DNA from: Stramenopiles sp. TOSAG23-2
Taxonomy: Eukaryota
Length of the DNA stretch: 54,130 nt
Direction: 5' to 3'
Assembly (NCBI GenBank): GCA_900128395.1
Contig: LT649261.1
Span: 1 to 54,130 of the forward strand
Numbering within the stretch: position 1 is the stretch's first letter; each line of letters opens with the position of its first letter. This document shows, piece after piece, positions 1 through 11,810 of this stretch. The notes under the pieces were generated by a model, which had not been told where the DNA came from, made no database searches, and worked only from the letters and a program-made list of their open reading frames with translations. The position numbers and the translations under genes were made by a program.

Positions 1-2
1 CA

Positions 3-3000
3 ATGCCAATAACTACAACAGTACAAACAACAACAATGCCAATAACCACTACAGAACAAGCAACAACAACGTCAATAACTACTACAGTACAAACAACAAC
101 AATGCCAATAACTACTACAGAACAAGCAACAACAACGTCAATAACTACAACAGAACAAGCAACAACAACAACCACAGAATTTCCTACAACTACAGTTGCA
201 ACAGACGCATTGTGCTCTAATAATCCAGTATGTGACAATTTAGGACTCACTGGTAAATGTTGCCCAACCATAGATGATGTAACTCTCGATTGCTGTGGAA
301 CAACAACAACATCATCTACCACAGAGCAGCCAATAATAATAACAACAACTACTACTGTTATTAAACAAGATAATGTCCGAAAATGTTCAAGTGGTTTAAT
401 TGATTTTCCAATTGATAGCAATACAAATGAAAAAGAAATAGTAGTATACGAGTCAGAATCTCTATCTTCGATGGCGTTTGCAATCGCCGATGTTTATGTA
501 TACCCTAAATGTAAAAACGATTTACAATTTAATTGTCATTCTAAAAATGCGAATGAAGTACAAATAACAGAAATTGATGAAATAATAGAATCGCACCAAC
601 AAATAAGTAATGCTATTGTATCAGCTGATTATAAAGTAAAAGTGAAATATAATATTTCAATTATTGGTGTTAAAGATAATACAAATGGCGATGGTGTAAC
701 TTCAACAATTGTTAACTGTAGCACTAATTATCATTTTTTTAATTTATTTGATGTTAGTAACAATGACATATTACTACCATATTTTGATTTTGATAAACTA
801 CAGGAGGAAACAAAAACGTTTTTATTTGCCGGTGAAACGTTTACGATCTTAGCTAGCAAAAGGTTGAATGGCCCAGTTTTCTTTCCAAATAAAACCCACG
901 TGTATCTTAACTCACATCGTGTTTTAAATGAGAAATTAAATATAAATGCAAATGGACGTATACTTCAAATTGGCGTACCATCAAAAACACAACTTTGTGA
1001 CTCGCCTGAAATGGTCGAATGTGACGTAACATTACGTGTTATAAATTACAATTACATCGATAACAGCAACAAATTGATGCCTGTTAGTGATGAGAAAACC
1101 GTGCATTATATACGAAATCCTTGTCATAACAATCCCGAATGCGAAGCTGTTGTTGATAATTATCGTGATTATCCCAGTGCAAGCTGCCCAGTAGGTTTTG
1201 CTGGAAATTGTAAGGAATGCCCAAGAGGTGCTAGGTGTCCAGGTGGTGAAAGAATTTGGGCACTACCTGGTTTTGCATCTACTGTAGAGCCTTCCATTGC
1301 ACCTGATGGCGAAAAAGTCAGTAATGTAAGGATCGTGGCTTGCGCCGTACCAGCAGAACGTTGTCTTGGTTTTGTAAAATCAGAGGAAAAGGAAGTATGT
1401 GCTGTTGGATATGGTGGTCCAAAATGCGGTGGGTGTCAAGGGGGTTATTATAGCAAACCGGTAGGATCGCGCGAGTGTCAAAATTGCCCAAAAAGAAAGT
1501 CTTCTCTACCGACAGTCATTCTCCTTGCCTTGACATATTTATTTGGAATATTAATCATAGTCTTTATCGTTATTACTTTGGTTTCATATCTCGTTTTAAA
1601 ACGGAATGGTGGTACCCTGAAGGAGGGAATTTCACGTGCAAAAGAATTTATGATATATGTTTGCATTTCAGTAGCGTTGTTAAGCCAAGTATCAAGAGCA
1701 TCATTAGGAAAATTACCTAAATATATGGATTATTTTGCAACGTTTCTTGCTGTATTTCAAATGGACGTTTCAGGTCCTATCAGCCCAGATTGCATAAATG
1801 AACCTTTTTGGCGAGAAACAACATTATTTCAGATTTCGATCGTAACAATTGCATTTTTATCAATTTCCATGTCGAAGCGCCTGCGCTTGAAATATTGCCG
1901 AAGGTGTCGTAATACAATCAACAAAGCAAGGCATGGGACTGCGTTTTGGCTTTGTATATCGTATCCATTAGTGACAAATTTAGTAGTGAAAATATGCCAT
2001 TGCATCCCAATAGTGGAAGGACAGGATACCACTCATGTCTTGGCCGTGAATTCATTGGTAACATGTTATGTAGGAAAGCATAAATTGCCATTTATATTAG
2101 GTCTAATGGTTGGAGTGTTGCATGTTGTATTGTTTCCAATTGTTAGCTTGTTGACAATCTTTTACGTACGTCGAAAATATGTTTCATCATGGGATAGTAA
2201 AGTTTCAAATTTTTTCGATGGTAGACCGATGTGGAAATATTTTTTGCAAAATTCATATTTACCTCAATGGTTTTGGGTAAGGCAAATGGAATTAGGGATA
2301 TTATTTATTTCTACGTTGTGCAATCAAATATTTGCAGAACGTGATGTATTCGCATATTTGATTATCTACATGTTACTTCTTTGTATATCTACATTTGCAT
2401 ATTTTAAAACAAGACCATTTGTAGAGGAGGAACGATGGAAATTACCGGTACGAGTTTATACATTTTTTTGCACAGCTTGGTATGCGATAACAAATTACTT
2501 GTCATCGAATTTAGTGTTAGATCCAGATAAAGAATTTACACGGCTTTTACTTCAATTCATGTCAACAACAACCATGATCTTGTCCTTAATATTGTTCATC
2601 ATATTGATTGTTTGCTACATTAAAACATTGATTGATAGTGCAAAAGTAGGAAAGAAAAAAAAGGATGATCGAAAAAAATATTCTGTGCAATATTCCCAAA
2701 ATCCAATGATGTCTGAGATATCAACATTAGAGATACAAACGGTGGAATTAGGGTCTGCAATTGAAATGTCGAAAATAGATGCGACGTTTTCTGATAATAT
2801 AAATATAGACGGAGAAGGAAGAATTCAAAAGCATGATGAAATGGAGGATGTTTTAAAAGAAGAAGAAAAACTTAAAGTTGAAGTGACGACAACAAAAGAT
2901 AAACAAAAACAACAAAATATGAAAGAACCGAAAAAAATTGGTGGTGGTAGAAGGAAAAAAAAATCAAATCGTAGAAATATAAAACCACCTCCAAATACTA

Positions 3001-3173
3001 AAGTAATGGGAACATGGTGGCAGCTTGTAGATGATTCTGGCAGGCCTTATTATTATAATCAACGGGAGGAGATAACACAATGGGAAAAGCCGGACGGATG
3101 GGTCAAATTTATGGCAACTGAACGATTTAACCACCCATCACCTAAACATACACCAAACGAGGGGAATAAATAA
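3..3173 (+). CDS. 5'-truncated multi-pass membrane receptor-like protein: Thr-rich mucin-like repeats, Cys-rich ectodomain, ~7-9 TM helices, C-terminal WW domain
   Basis: 1056-aa ORF open at the window edge. MPITTTVQTTT/EQATTTS repeats, a CPxG/CxxC-rich juxtamembrane region, hydrophobic helices, and WW motif WWQLVDDSGRPYYYNQREEITQWEKP. Confidence 0.85.
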   Translation: MPITTTVQTTTMPITTTEQATTTSITTTVQTTTMPITTTEQATTTSITTTEQATTTTTEFPTTTVATDALCSNNPVCDNLGLTGKCCPTIDDVTLDCCGTTTTSSTTEQPIIITTTTTVIKQDNVRKCSSGLIDFPIDSNTNEKEIVVYESESLSSMAFAIADVYVYPKCKNDLQFNCHSKNANEVQITEIDEIIESHQQISNAIVSADYKVKVKYNISIIGVKDNTNGDGVTSTIVNCSTNYHFFNLFDVSNNDILLPYFDFDKLQEETKTFLFAGETFTILASKRLNGPVFFPNKTHVYLNSHRVLNEKLNINANGRILQIGVPSKTQLCDSPEMVECDVTLRVINYNYIDNSNKLMPVSDEKTVHYIRNPCHNNPECEAVVDNYRDYPSASCPVGFAGNCKECPRGARCPGGERIWALPGFASTVEPSIAPDGEKVSNVRIVACAVPAERCLGFVKSEEKEVCAVGYGGPKCGGCQGGYYSKPVGSRECQNCPKRKSSLPTVILLALTYLFGILIIVFIVITLVSYLVLKRNGGTLKEGISRAKEFMIYVCISVALLSQVSRASLGKLPKYMDYFATFLAVFQMDVSGPISPDCINEPFWRETTLFQISIVTIAFLSISMSKRLRLKYCRRCRNTINKARHGTAFWLCISYPLVTNLVVKICHCIPIVEGQDTTHVLAVNSLVTCYVGKHKLPFILGLMVGVLHVVLFPIVSLLTIFYVRRKYVSSWDSKVSNFFDGRPMWKYFLQNSYLPQWFWVRQMELGILFISTLCNQIFAERDVFAYLIIYMLLLCISTFAYFKTRPFVEEERWKLPVRVYTFFCTAWYAITNYLSSNLVLDPDKEFTRLLLQFMSTTTMILSLILFIILIVCYIKTLIDSAKVGKKKKDDRKKYSVQYSQNPMMSEISTLEIQTVELGSAIEMSKIDATFSDNINIDGEGRIQKHDEMEDVLKEEEKLKVEVTTTKDKQKQQNMKEPKKIGGGRRKKKSNRRNIKPPPNTKVMGTWWQLVDDSGRPYYYNQREEITQWEKPDGWVKFMATERFNHPSPKHTPNEGNK

Positions 3174-3287
3174 TTAATTACTGTGTATGATAATAGCCTT
3201 AATATAAATACACAGAGAGTAAAATAATAAAATCTGTTTTTTTTCTAAATTAATTAATGAATCGCGCTTTCATGTGTATCATACTTT

Positions 3288-3980
3288 TCACCGCACCATC
3301 ACTCGTTTACCATCTTTATATTCACCAACATACACACCGCCATCAGCATATGTCATTGTACCTTTTCCGTGCATCATACCATCTTTAAAGTCACCATCAT
3401 ATACATTACCACTAGCATATGTATATGTACCTTTTCCATGCATCTTACCACCTATATATTCGCCAACATATACAGTACCATCAGGATGTGTACAAGTACC
3501 TTTTCCATGTCTCTTATCATCTTTAAATTCACCAACATATACATGACCACTATCATACGTATATGTACCTTTTCCATGGGATTTACCATCTTTAAAGTCA
3601 CCAACATATACACTACCACTACCATATGTATATGTACCTTTTCCATCTCTAATACCATTTTTATATTCACCAACATATACATCACCATCAGTCGTTGTAC
3701 ACGTGGCATCATGTACATTATCACTAGCATGCACTGTGGTTGGGCTGGAGAGAGCAGACGAAACGTGTGATGGCCAGAAAGGTCCCTTTTGGTGTTGGGG
3801 ATCCGATCCAGGAAAAAAGTATAGCTCTGATCCTACCAATATAATTTCTTCTGCGTGCACAAACAACTGCTTTAAAGACTTTCCACCGGCTGAAGAACTA
3901 ATGTGCGCAGAAGACACATGCTCCGCTGCCACTACAGCTGAACGATATGAAGAAGGTGGCAAAATTGCCTCTGTTGTATT
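3288..3980 (-). CDS. MORN-repeat protein, 5' end missing (fragment, or spliced to an unseen exon)
   Basis: About 6 repeats of YVGE/DFKDGKxHGKGTYTYxxG at 3288-3700. No in-frame ATG before the upstream stop near 4004. Confidence 0.7.
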   Translation of the reverse strand, partial: NTTEAILPPSSYRSAVVAAEHVSSAHISSSAGGKSLKQLFVHAEEIILVGSELYFFPGSDPQHQKGPFWPSHVSSALSSPTTVHASDNVHDATCTTTDGDVYVGEYKNGIRDGKGTYTYGSGSVYVGDFKDGKSHGKGTYTYDSGHVYVGEFKDDKRHGKGTCTHPDGTVYVGEYIGGKMHGKGTYTYASGNVYDGDFKDGMMHGKGTMTYADGGVYVGEYKDGKRVMVR

Positions 3981-3982
3981 GA

Positions 3983-4480
3983 ATAACCAAACTTTTAATG
4001 GCTTCTAATAGAAGAATGAGTAAGCGTCGTGGCGCAAGAGAAGCTAGGTACATGGTTTATAAAACGGTAATAGGTTTATCATTTGCTATGATATATTGCA
4101 TAGTTTGGACGATTGTTGAGTGGAATAATTCCAGTGAACCACAGCTTAAATTTTCTACTCTTGATGTGGACGAAAAAAACATATTTATTTACAGAGCACA
4201 TTGCGAAATCTATACAGGCACGAATGAGACTGATTGGTTTAGATTAATAATTACTTGCTTGGAAGCTTCCCTATTACTTTATGGCGTTAAATTAGCTATG
4301 GCCAATCGAAATGTTCATGTGAAAAAATTTAATAGTAGCAAGGCAATTGCATTTGCCTTGTATAATATAATGTTTTCACAGGCCATTCCATTGTTGTTAA
4401 AATTAGAGATTATAAGGTTTGAGGGTGATGGCAGTAGCATTGACTTATTTTTTGGAATGGCTCTATGGTGGAGTACCTAA
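3983..4480 (+). pseudogene. Fragment of a class C (GABA-B-like, 7tm_3) GPCR, end of TM3 to TM7
   Basis: LLLYGVKLAMANRNVHVKKFNSSKAIAFALYN matches the class C GPCR TM5-ICL3-TM6 signature. An in-frame TGA lies at 3980, there is no N-terminus, and the ORF stops within TM7. Confidence 0.65.
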
Positions 4481-5433
4481 AATTACAAACAGTGGTACTA
4501 GCGCAACGCTATCTGTAGATTTTTTTTCTTTGATTTTCTTTCTTTCACCGTAATGATATCAATTCAATATACAGTATGTCGTACGATTATATAAAAGGTT
4601 TTAATCTGGATATGGTAACGATTCAATTCTTTATTATATATATGTATATATCTATGTGTGTGTGTGTGTCATATGTACGTCGTCGAATTTGTTTATGATT
4701 TGTATTATTTTTCGAAATTGTATTATTTTGAATGTGTTTTTTGTCATTATCGATCATCTGGTCATTGGTTATGTCAGTTTCAATTTTTTTGCACATTTTC
4801 AATCAAAAAGGTTTTTTATTTCATTTATAGGAAGTGTACCAGGTACTGTACCGAAGTAGAAGGCCAGAAGGGAAGGTTTCTTAGCTATTCCTTATATACT
4901 GTACTTATGTACACATCACTCTCACACAACTCCAATTTTGATCTCATTTATTCCCTATACTGTGTAGTTTTAATTTTTATTTATAAATCGGTGTGGACTC
5001 CACAATTTACAGGATCAAATACCTTAAACGAAGTTTTGTAACGAGGCAACTATCACTATATATTATATTACCACAGGTATATGAACAAAAAGAACTTCGT
5101 GATTCATGTGGTGGTTTGCCAGTTGCTGGTTTGCCAGTTTGCAAACCAGCAAAGCTGGAAAGCCAGAAAGCCAGAAAGCACCAACCACCAGCAGCAGCCA
5201 ACCTAAAGCAATGGGTGCAATGCTAAAAACCAGCCAACAACAACAAAAAAAAAAGAAAAGAATTGTGCAATTATTCTTTCTGTCAAATTTAAAAAAAAAA
5301 AAAAACACAACATATATTGTGTGAACAGGAATTACAATACTTGCGGTGAATCGCATTGTTGGAGAGACCGCACTTCGTTGCTTGTTGCTTCGGGATAGAC
5401 GCGACACTCCTTCCGTTTGAAACGATTGTGGCC

Positions 5434-7919
5434 ATGGCTAGAGAAAAAGTTACGCGACAGGGTAAGTTATCAACTTATATTGGGTTAATTTTGAACGCTG
5501 ATCTTATTATTCTTTCGCTGTTACTTTTTAGTGTATGTGCAGGGCATTTTTTTGTTTATTACGAGCGTACTGCGTACCTAAGAGTTTTCGGGCGGCCATA
5601 TGTATTCTTGCATCTTTTAGTATCAATATTTTCACTGTATCCCATCATAAAATATCACGTGCTCATGTTAATGCATATACTGTGTATTGAACGTAAAGAA
5701 AAAAATAAAAAGGATACCTCCAAAGATGACGATGTTATCGTCTTAGAACTACAAGACATGTCAAACAGTAGCGCCAGCCGTGAAAGTAGCCAAAGCAAAG
5801 AAATGAACCAGGAAAAAAGTAGTAGTATTGATAAAAATTGTCCACTATTACTTTACATGTATAAACTTTTCTTGGAATTTTATGTTGTGGATGGTAAATA
5901 TTACATTCATCAACTATATCTCTGTAAATTTTATGAGCTGGCGTATCAATTTTATAGTATCGTATATATTTATACGTGTTCATTCCCAACAGTGTTCAAT
6001 GTTATATTTGCTGGAATTTTAGGTACTGACTCATTGATTAATGGTATTTTAACTTGGCGATTGGTTGACACTACAGTTGCGCGAGATAGACTGTTAATTT
6101 GGCATATAATTGCCGATTTTGCGTATTTATGCATTCCCAATTTTTTATTGTATTACGGTTACCATATACCGTTGAGTGTTGAAACCAGTATAATTTTGAC
6201 AGTCCCAACCACTCTTTTTATATTGCTTCGTATCCTGGAAGTGATGAACAATTTTATAAGAATCGATTTGATACGAATAAAGCAATTAAAGAAGGATTGT
6301 GCCACCGAGTCAAACTCCGATGCCAACGAACGTTCTATGAAACGACGCTTTTCTATCTTTCGAGCCTCATTAGCAGAGCCATTGCTTCTAGTTGAAAAGA
6401 AGCAGTTTCATCATTTCAATGGTATATTCCGTAGTGTTGCTATTGAGATCTTATTGATGGTTTCTGGGTTTATGTTTTCAGTTGCCTTAGCTCAAAGTTT
6501 ACAAGTAATTGGAAATAAAACATTTTTCGAGGAATGCATTAAGATATACGATACCGAAGAGATGAATGTAAACTTGTATAAACATTGTGTATCAGAAGCA
6601 GCATTTTGTCAAAACTTATTTCAACCAGCATGCGATTGTTTGCACGTAAGCTTATCAGACTATAACCACACGAGGCTACCGAGTAATAGCAAGTACATGA
6701 AAAGCTTAAGGATTTTAAAAGTTACTGATGGCAGGTTGCACAGATTGCCAGAATCATTTGGATTTAATCACCAGTTACTTGTGAAGTTGCATATTGAAAA
6801 TAATTTTATTGAAAAACTCCCGGAAAGTATTTGCTCTTTGAAGAATTTATTGTACCTCTATTTGCCACAAAACTTGTTGGAAGAGTTGCCCCATTGTATT
6901 GGTGAATTGGAAAGCATGGTTCGTTTAGTGGCATTTCGAAACAACATCAAATTGTTACCAGAATCAATTGGTCGTTTAGAAAATAATTTATTGCATATTC
7001 TGATATGTAAGTGAATATTATTATCCGCAGTTACGTTTTCTTCCTTATACAGTTTCCTAACACACACATATTTATAATCATCTACCATTTCCCGTTATGC
7101 CAATACACAGCACAAAATCGTATAACTCGATTGCCGGAAAGCATTGGCAATTTAAAATTTCTTATTGATTTTGATGCCAGCCAAAATTTATTAGAAGAGT
7201 TGCCAGAAACAATGGGGAAGTTGAATTCTTTGTTGAATTTAATACTGTTTCAGAATAAATTGAAGAAACTTTCAAATTCATCATTGCGAGAAAAATACTT
7301 AAATTTAAGAAAGCTTATTGTTCATACAAATAAGTTAAGTTCTGTTCATGGCTTAGAGAATATAGAGTCCCTGGAAACATTGGATTTATCTTTTAATGAT
7401 TTGCATGATTCTAAGTTGTATGTATTATTTATTTATTTGCGTAATATGAAACATTTATCTGTTCGAAACAATGGCTTGGAAGAGTTGCCAAATGATATAA
7501 ATGCAATGTCAAATTTGCAGTTTATTGATGCGCGGAACAACAAACTAGAGAAATTACCAACGAAAATCGGTCATCTGCGTAATTTGAAAGACTTGTATGT
7601 TGCTGGAAATAGTATTTGCTCTAATATGAACAACGAAGAAATAATGATTGCTTACGATTTACCAAATGGTATTAATAAGCTGGCTTTATGTACAAAGCAG
7701 TGTGCCACTACGTGTTTAAACAAACATCTGAGTGATAATATTTGTGATGACCCAAGTATTGTTAGTTTTTTTCGCGCAGTCGATCCTGCATTTAGATATG
7801 CGTTCACAAGTAGTCTTAGCATTAGGCCAAATAAAACGGAGCATCGACAATACAATTATGCCAGTGGCCGCGGTTGTAACGTAGCTACATGTCAATATGA
7901 CAAAGGAGATTGTTTGTAA
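5434..7919 (+). CDS. Multi-pass TM protein with C-terminal LRR domain and LNR (Lin12/Notch)-like Cys motif; intron 7007-7110, probable in-frame intron 5462-5542
   Basis: ORFs 5356-7014 and 7011-7919 join through GTAAGT(7007)...CCTAAC...CAG(7110) to give LHILIS-QNRITRLP, a continuous LRR. C-terminus reads CATTC...ICDD...GCNVATCQYDKGDC. The start codon is uncertain. Confidence 0.8.
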
Positions 7920-7937
7920 GAGTAAGCCGTCCGCCGT

Positions 7938-8180
7938 ATTATAATAATACCTAAGGTAATATATAATAGTATGTCATAGAATATCATACTAGGAAATAAT
8001 AAAAATTTAAATTATAAATTTATAGTAAGCGTACATTTAAAATATATATAGATCTACTAATTATAATAATACCTAAGGTAATATATAATAGTATGTCATA
8101 GAATATCATACTAGAAATAATAAAAATTTAAATTATAAATTTATAAGTAGCGTACATTTAAAATATATATAGATCTACTA
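7938..8180. repeat. Tandem duplication, 2 x ~122 bp
   Basis: ATTATAATAATACCTAAGG...GATCTACTA begins at both 7938 and 8060. Confidence 0.9.
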
Positions 8181-8979
8181 CTATGTCATCTAGAGCTCTA
8201 TCCTTTCAATTTCAATGGTATTCCCATGTACCTGTATTTAGGCAGGGCTTGCCAAAAAAATTAATAATAATAATAATCCTAAATAAAAATTAATCAATAA
8301 ATTCAAATGATCACGTACACATGAGTGTCGTTGTCGTCATGCATATATATATTTCTATCTAAATACAAGAAGTTTTTTTGAGAGGATATTAAACATAATT
8401 TTACAACAATCGAATAGTGTGTATATATATGTAACAGAAAAAACGGTTTGAAGATTATATATGGTGTAATATTTAAAATAATATATTCTAATTTTACAAC
8501 AACGATACCCACAATAATATTAATAGCGAGGAAATAGAGGAAGAGGAGGACATGAATGAAGAGGAAAAAGAGAAAGAATTAAAAAGAATAGAAAAACAAA
8601 TTAAAGATAGTCGTGAAAGATCACTTCGTCTATTTAAATATATGCTATCTGTGGAAAAAGATAAAAAGGATGAAAACAATTCCATCGGTAGTCCAGAGAA
8701 ACGTTTAATACAAAAGATTGCATTGAATTTAAAAATGACAGATTGGGAGGATGCAATACAGAAATTAAAATCACCGGGTACTTAAGAAAGTTGGCGCAGC
8801 ATGGGATGAATAAAGGTACATTTGCTTTCAGCATTTTTGCTGTGTTTGTTTTGGGAGGATAACTTTTTTAAATTTTATTAAACATTTTATATATATAAAT
8901 AAAGATTTGCATTTATTTCATTTATTTACAGGTATTTTACCTGGTATAATAGCAAGGTGCGGTAGTATGATATTATTTA

Positions 8980-9155
8980 TATTAGAATTATATTTCAAGA
9001 TATTGTGAATTATATACAGCCGTAGAAATTAAGGTATATAATAATGATGAAATTTTTCTAAATCAGGTATTAGAATTATATTTCAAGATATTGTGAATTA
9101 TATACAGCCGTAGAAATTAAGGTATATAATAATGATGAAATTTTTCTAAATCAGG
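8980..9155. repeat. Tandem duplication, 2 x 88 bp
   Basis: TATTAGAATTATATTTCAAG...AAATCAGG begins at both 8980 and 9068. Confidence 0.9.
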
Positions 9156-9591
9156 CTATAACAGGGTATTTGATAGACGACTATGGTTGCATATAGTATA
9201 TTTAAAACCATACTTACTATAATATACGAGTCATATTATATTTATGATTTTTCAGCACATTTATAGGCATCACAAGTGCACACGTGCACACGTCATGTGC
9301 ATGTGATTCGGATGAACAAATATCTATAATAGCATAGAAATAGTATTAAATATCAATATTGTTTCAGCTACTAATATCTTTAATTGCTCTTCTTTCTATA
9401 AAATTTATTGAAGCTTTATTTACATATACATAGTAGAAATGCAGATTTCTACACATACAAAGCAGAACAACCAACGAAAAGAACATTTAATAAACAACAC
9501 AAGTTTATTAATAAACAATAATACGAAAGTTAAAGAAATAATAACAAACAACAAAAACAACAACAAAACAAACAACAACAACTATTACAAG

Positions 9592-10599
9592 ATGTTTAAA
9601 AATGGAATCATTGTTTTGATGATAGCAACTACAATGGTAGTATCATCAACAGCACAAGATGGTTATAAGGTTGGTATTGAATTTACACACAGATGGGACG
9701 AGATGGACCAGGAAGAAAGCAATGGTCCTAAACATCAACTTTTACGTAACCACATTGCGAAATACAACCAAGACCAAAGTGATGAAAACGTTGGTGGTGG
9801 TAAAGTTTACGGCGATCAACTTTTACGTAACCACATTGCGAAATACAACCAAGACCAAAGTGATGAAAACGTTGGTGGTGGTAAAGTTTACGGCGAATAC
9901 AACAAAGGACCATACAAAGCAGGTGCTGAATATACTTGGGATGAAGATGCTAATGATGATGTTGGTGGTGGTCGTGTATACGGCGAATACAACAAAGGAC
10001 CATACAAAGCAGGTGCTGAATACAACTGGGATGAGGCAGAAGAAAATGTTGGTGCTGCCCCTCATTGGACAGTTCTAAAATGGTTGATTAAAGCGGATAT
10101 GAGACGATGCACAGCTTGTGGTGGCCTTTGTGAAAAAACAATGATGGATAAAAGAAATAAGATGTGTCATTGTGTACAAGATGCACGTTGTATGGTAGAT
10201 TGCCGAAATGGTGGAGATTGCTTATATCGTGGTAACCGACGACTTTCAACTGCAGTAAAACGTAGAAAATTAGGCAGAGTTTCAGCAAATTGTTATTTTA
10301 CACAACAAAGATTATGCGGTTATTGTGGAGGTTCAAACGAATGTCGCATGAAATGCAATAAAAAAAATGAAAAAAAATTACGAAAAGCTTGTGGATACAG
10401 AAGATTGATGCATTCGGTAAAAAATGGAAGAGGAAGAAGTTTAAGAAGAAGATTAATCGAACAAACACCAGCTGTACGTTACATGGCAAACAATTGCAAA
10501 TGGGGTTGTAGATTTACAGAAAAGCAATTTATTAAAAAATTTGGAAGACGAGATGCAATGTATGCAATCAACAACAGAAGAAGTATTAACTATAAGTAA
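9592..10599 (+). CDS. Secreted repetitive precursor protein: acidic repeats, then Cys-rich cationic modules separated by RRL/RRKL motifs
   Basis: Signal peptide MFKNGIIVLMIATTMVVSSTAQ. Duplicated QLLRNHIAKYNQDQSDENVGGGKVYG and YGEYNKGPYKAGAEYxWDE blocks. NRRL, KRRKL, YRRL and RRRL separate the Cys-rich units. Confidence 0.75.
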   Translation: MFKNGIIVLMIATTMVVSSTAQDGYKVGIEFTHRWDEMDQEESNGPKHQLLRNHIAKYNQDQSDENVGGGKVYGDQLLRNHIAKYNQDQSDENVGGGKVYGEYNKGPYKAGAEYTWDEDANDDVGGGRVYGEYNKGPYKAGAEYNWDEAEENVGAAPHWTVLKWLIKADMRRCTACGGLCEKTMMDKRNKMCHCVQDARCMVDCRNGGDCLYRGNRRLSTAVKRRKLGRVSANCYFTQQRLCGYCGGSNECRMKCNKKNEKKLRKACGYRRLMHSVKNGRGRSLRRRLIEQTPAVRYMANNCKWGCRFTEKQFIKKFGRRDAMYAINNRRSINYK

Positions 10600-11025
10600 G
10601 AGGATGTTTCATCATACAGGTATCATATGATGGTATGCATATATCCTAATATATCATGTATATATATATACCCTACAAATATCTACGACATTAGGGATGA
10701 AATGAGTGTTGTTGGAAGAGTCATACAATTAACGAAGGATTATACAACAGGCAATGACACATTTAAAAAAGGAAGTATAAGGGACAGTTATTGAAGCAAC
10801 CAAGCAACCTCACGTAAGGATAGAAAATTGAAAGTTAACTTTTGGATAATGATACAAAAAAATACCGATTGATTAAAGCTCGTGATTTACAACTTTATGA
10901 AGCAGCGGCTCTTGTACCTAACTCCAAATCTCAGACGGATGAAAAGATTCTTTTGAATATTAAACAATTTGCTATTTAAAAAATATTACGAGGCGTATAT
11001 TATTATTATACTAAATGCGTACATC

Positions 11026-11630
11026 TGTATTTAATAAAAATCAGTTTTTTTAATTTAATTCTATTACAATGCCCAGGAATTAATGCTAATGCAATCTATT
11101 CTATATCATCATTCGCACATTCTATCTATTGTATTTAATAAAAATCAGTTTTTTTAATTTAATTCTATTACAATGCCCAGGAATGCCCAGGAATTAATGC
11201 TAATGCAATCTATTCTATCATCATTCTATCTATCTGAAAAATATTCTTTCCTATCAAATGACGCATATTTATACTTGAAAGAAACAACAATAATAAAAAT
11301 TAGAATAAGAATATTACTATATAATTCAAATCCTGTTCGCGTAGGGGTGATTTCGGGGGAGTATACGATGGTCCATACTTAAACCGAATTCCCATATGGT
11401 CTTTTCCTATATGATTTCGGAGTCTAAGAAATCGTACCACATGTATTTAATAAAAATCAGTTTTTTTAATTTAATTCTATTACAATGCCCAGGAATTAAT
11501 GCTAATGCAATCTATTCTATATCATCATTCGCACATTCTATCTATCTGGAAAAATATTCTTTCCTATCAAAATGACGCATATTTATACTTGAAAGAAAAA
11601 ACAATAATAAAAATTAGAATAAGAATATTA
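11026..11630. repeat. Three related copies (~100-190 bp) of an intergenic segment
   Basis: TGTATTTAATAAAAATCAG...TGCCCAGGAATTAATGCTAATGC starts at 11026, 11130 and 11442. Confidence 0.85.
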
Positions 11631-11810
11631 TAACAATTAACAAAATGATATCCATATGTACAAAAATATAAAAAATAAAATATAAAAGCTACAAAGTCAA
11701 ATGCATTCATACACACGGCAATCATCCTTTCTTCGAGAGTATCTGCATCTCTCACCCTCCTCACCCACCCCTTCATCAACTTCTTATATTTACGAATCTG
11801 AACCAATACG

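Noticed and set aside
3703-4008. Cys-rich plus-strand protein
   Set aside because: It is the antisense shadow of the MORN-containing frame and has no ATG start. The QKGPFW seen on both strands comes from a short near-palindrome.
8520-8785. Charged 77-aa ORF as a gene
   Set aside because: Coding-like composition but no motif or supported splice structure; at most a fragment.
11322-11441. tRNA or ncRNA in the GC-richer insert between duplicated segments
   Set aside because: TTCAAATCC resembles a T-loop, but I could not build a cloverleaf or acceptor stem.
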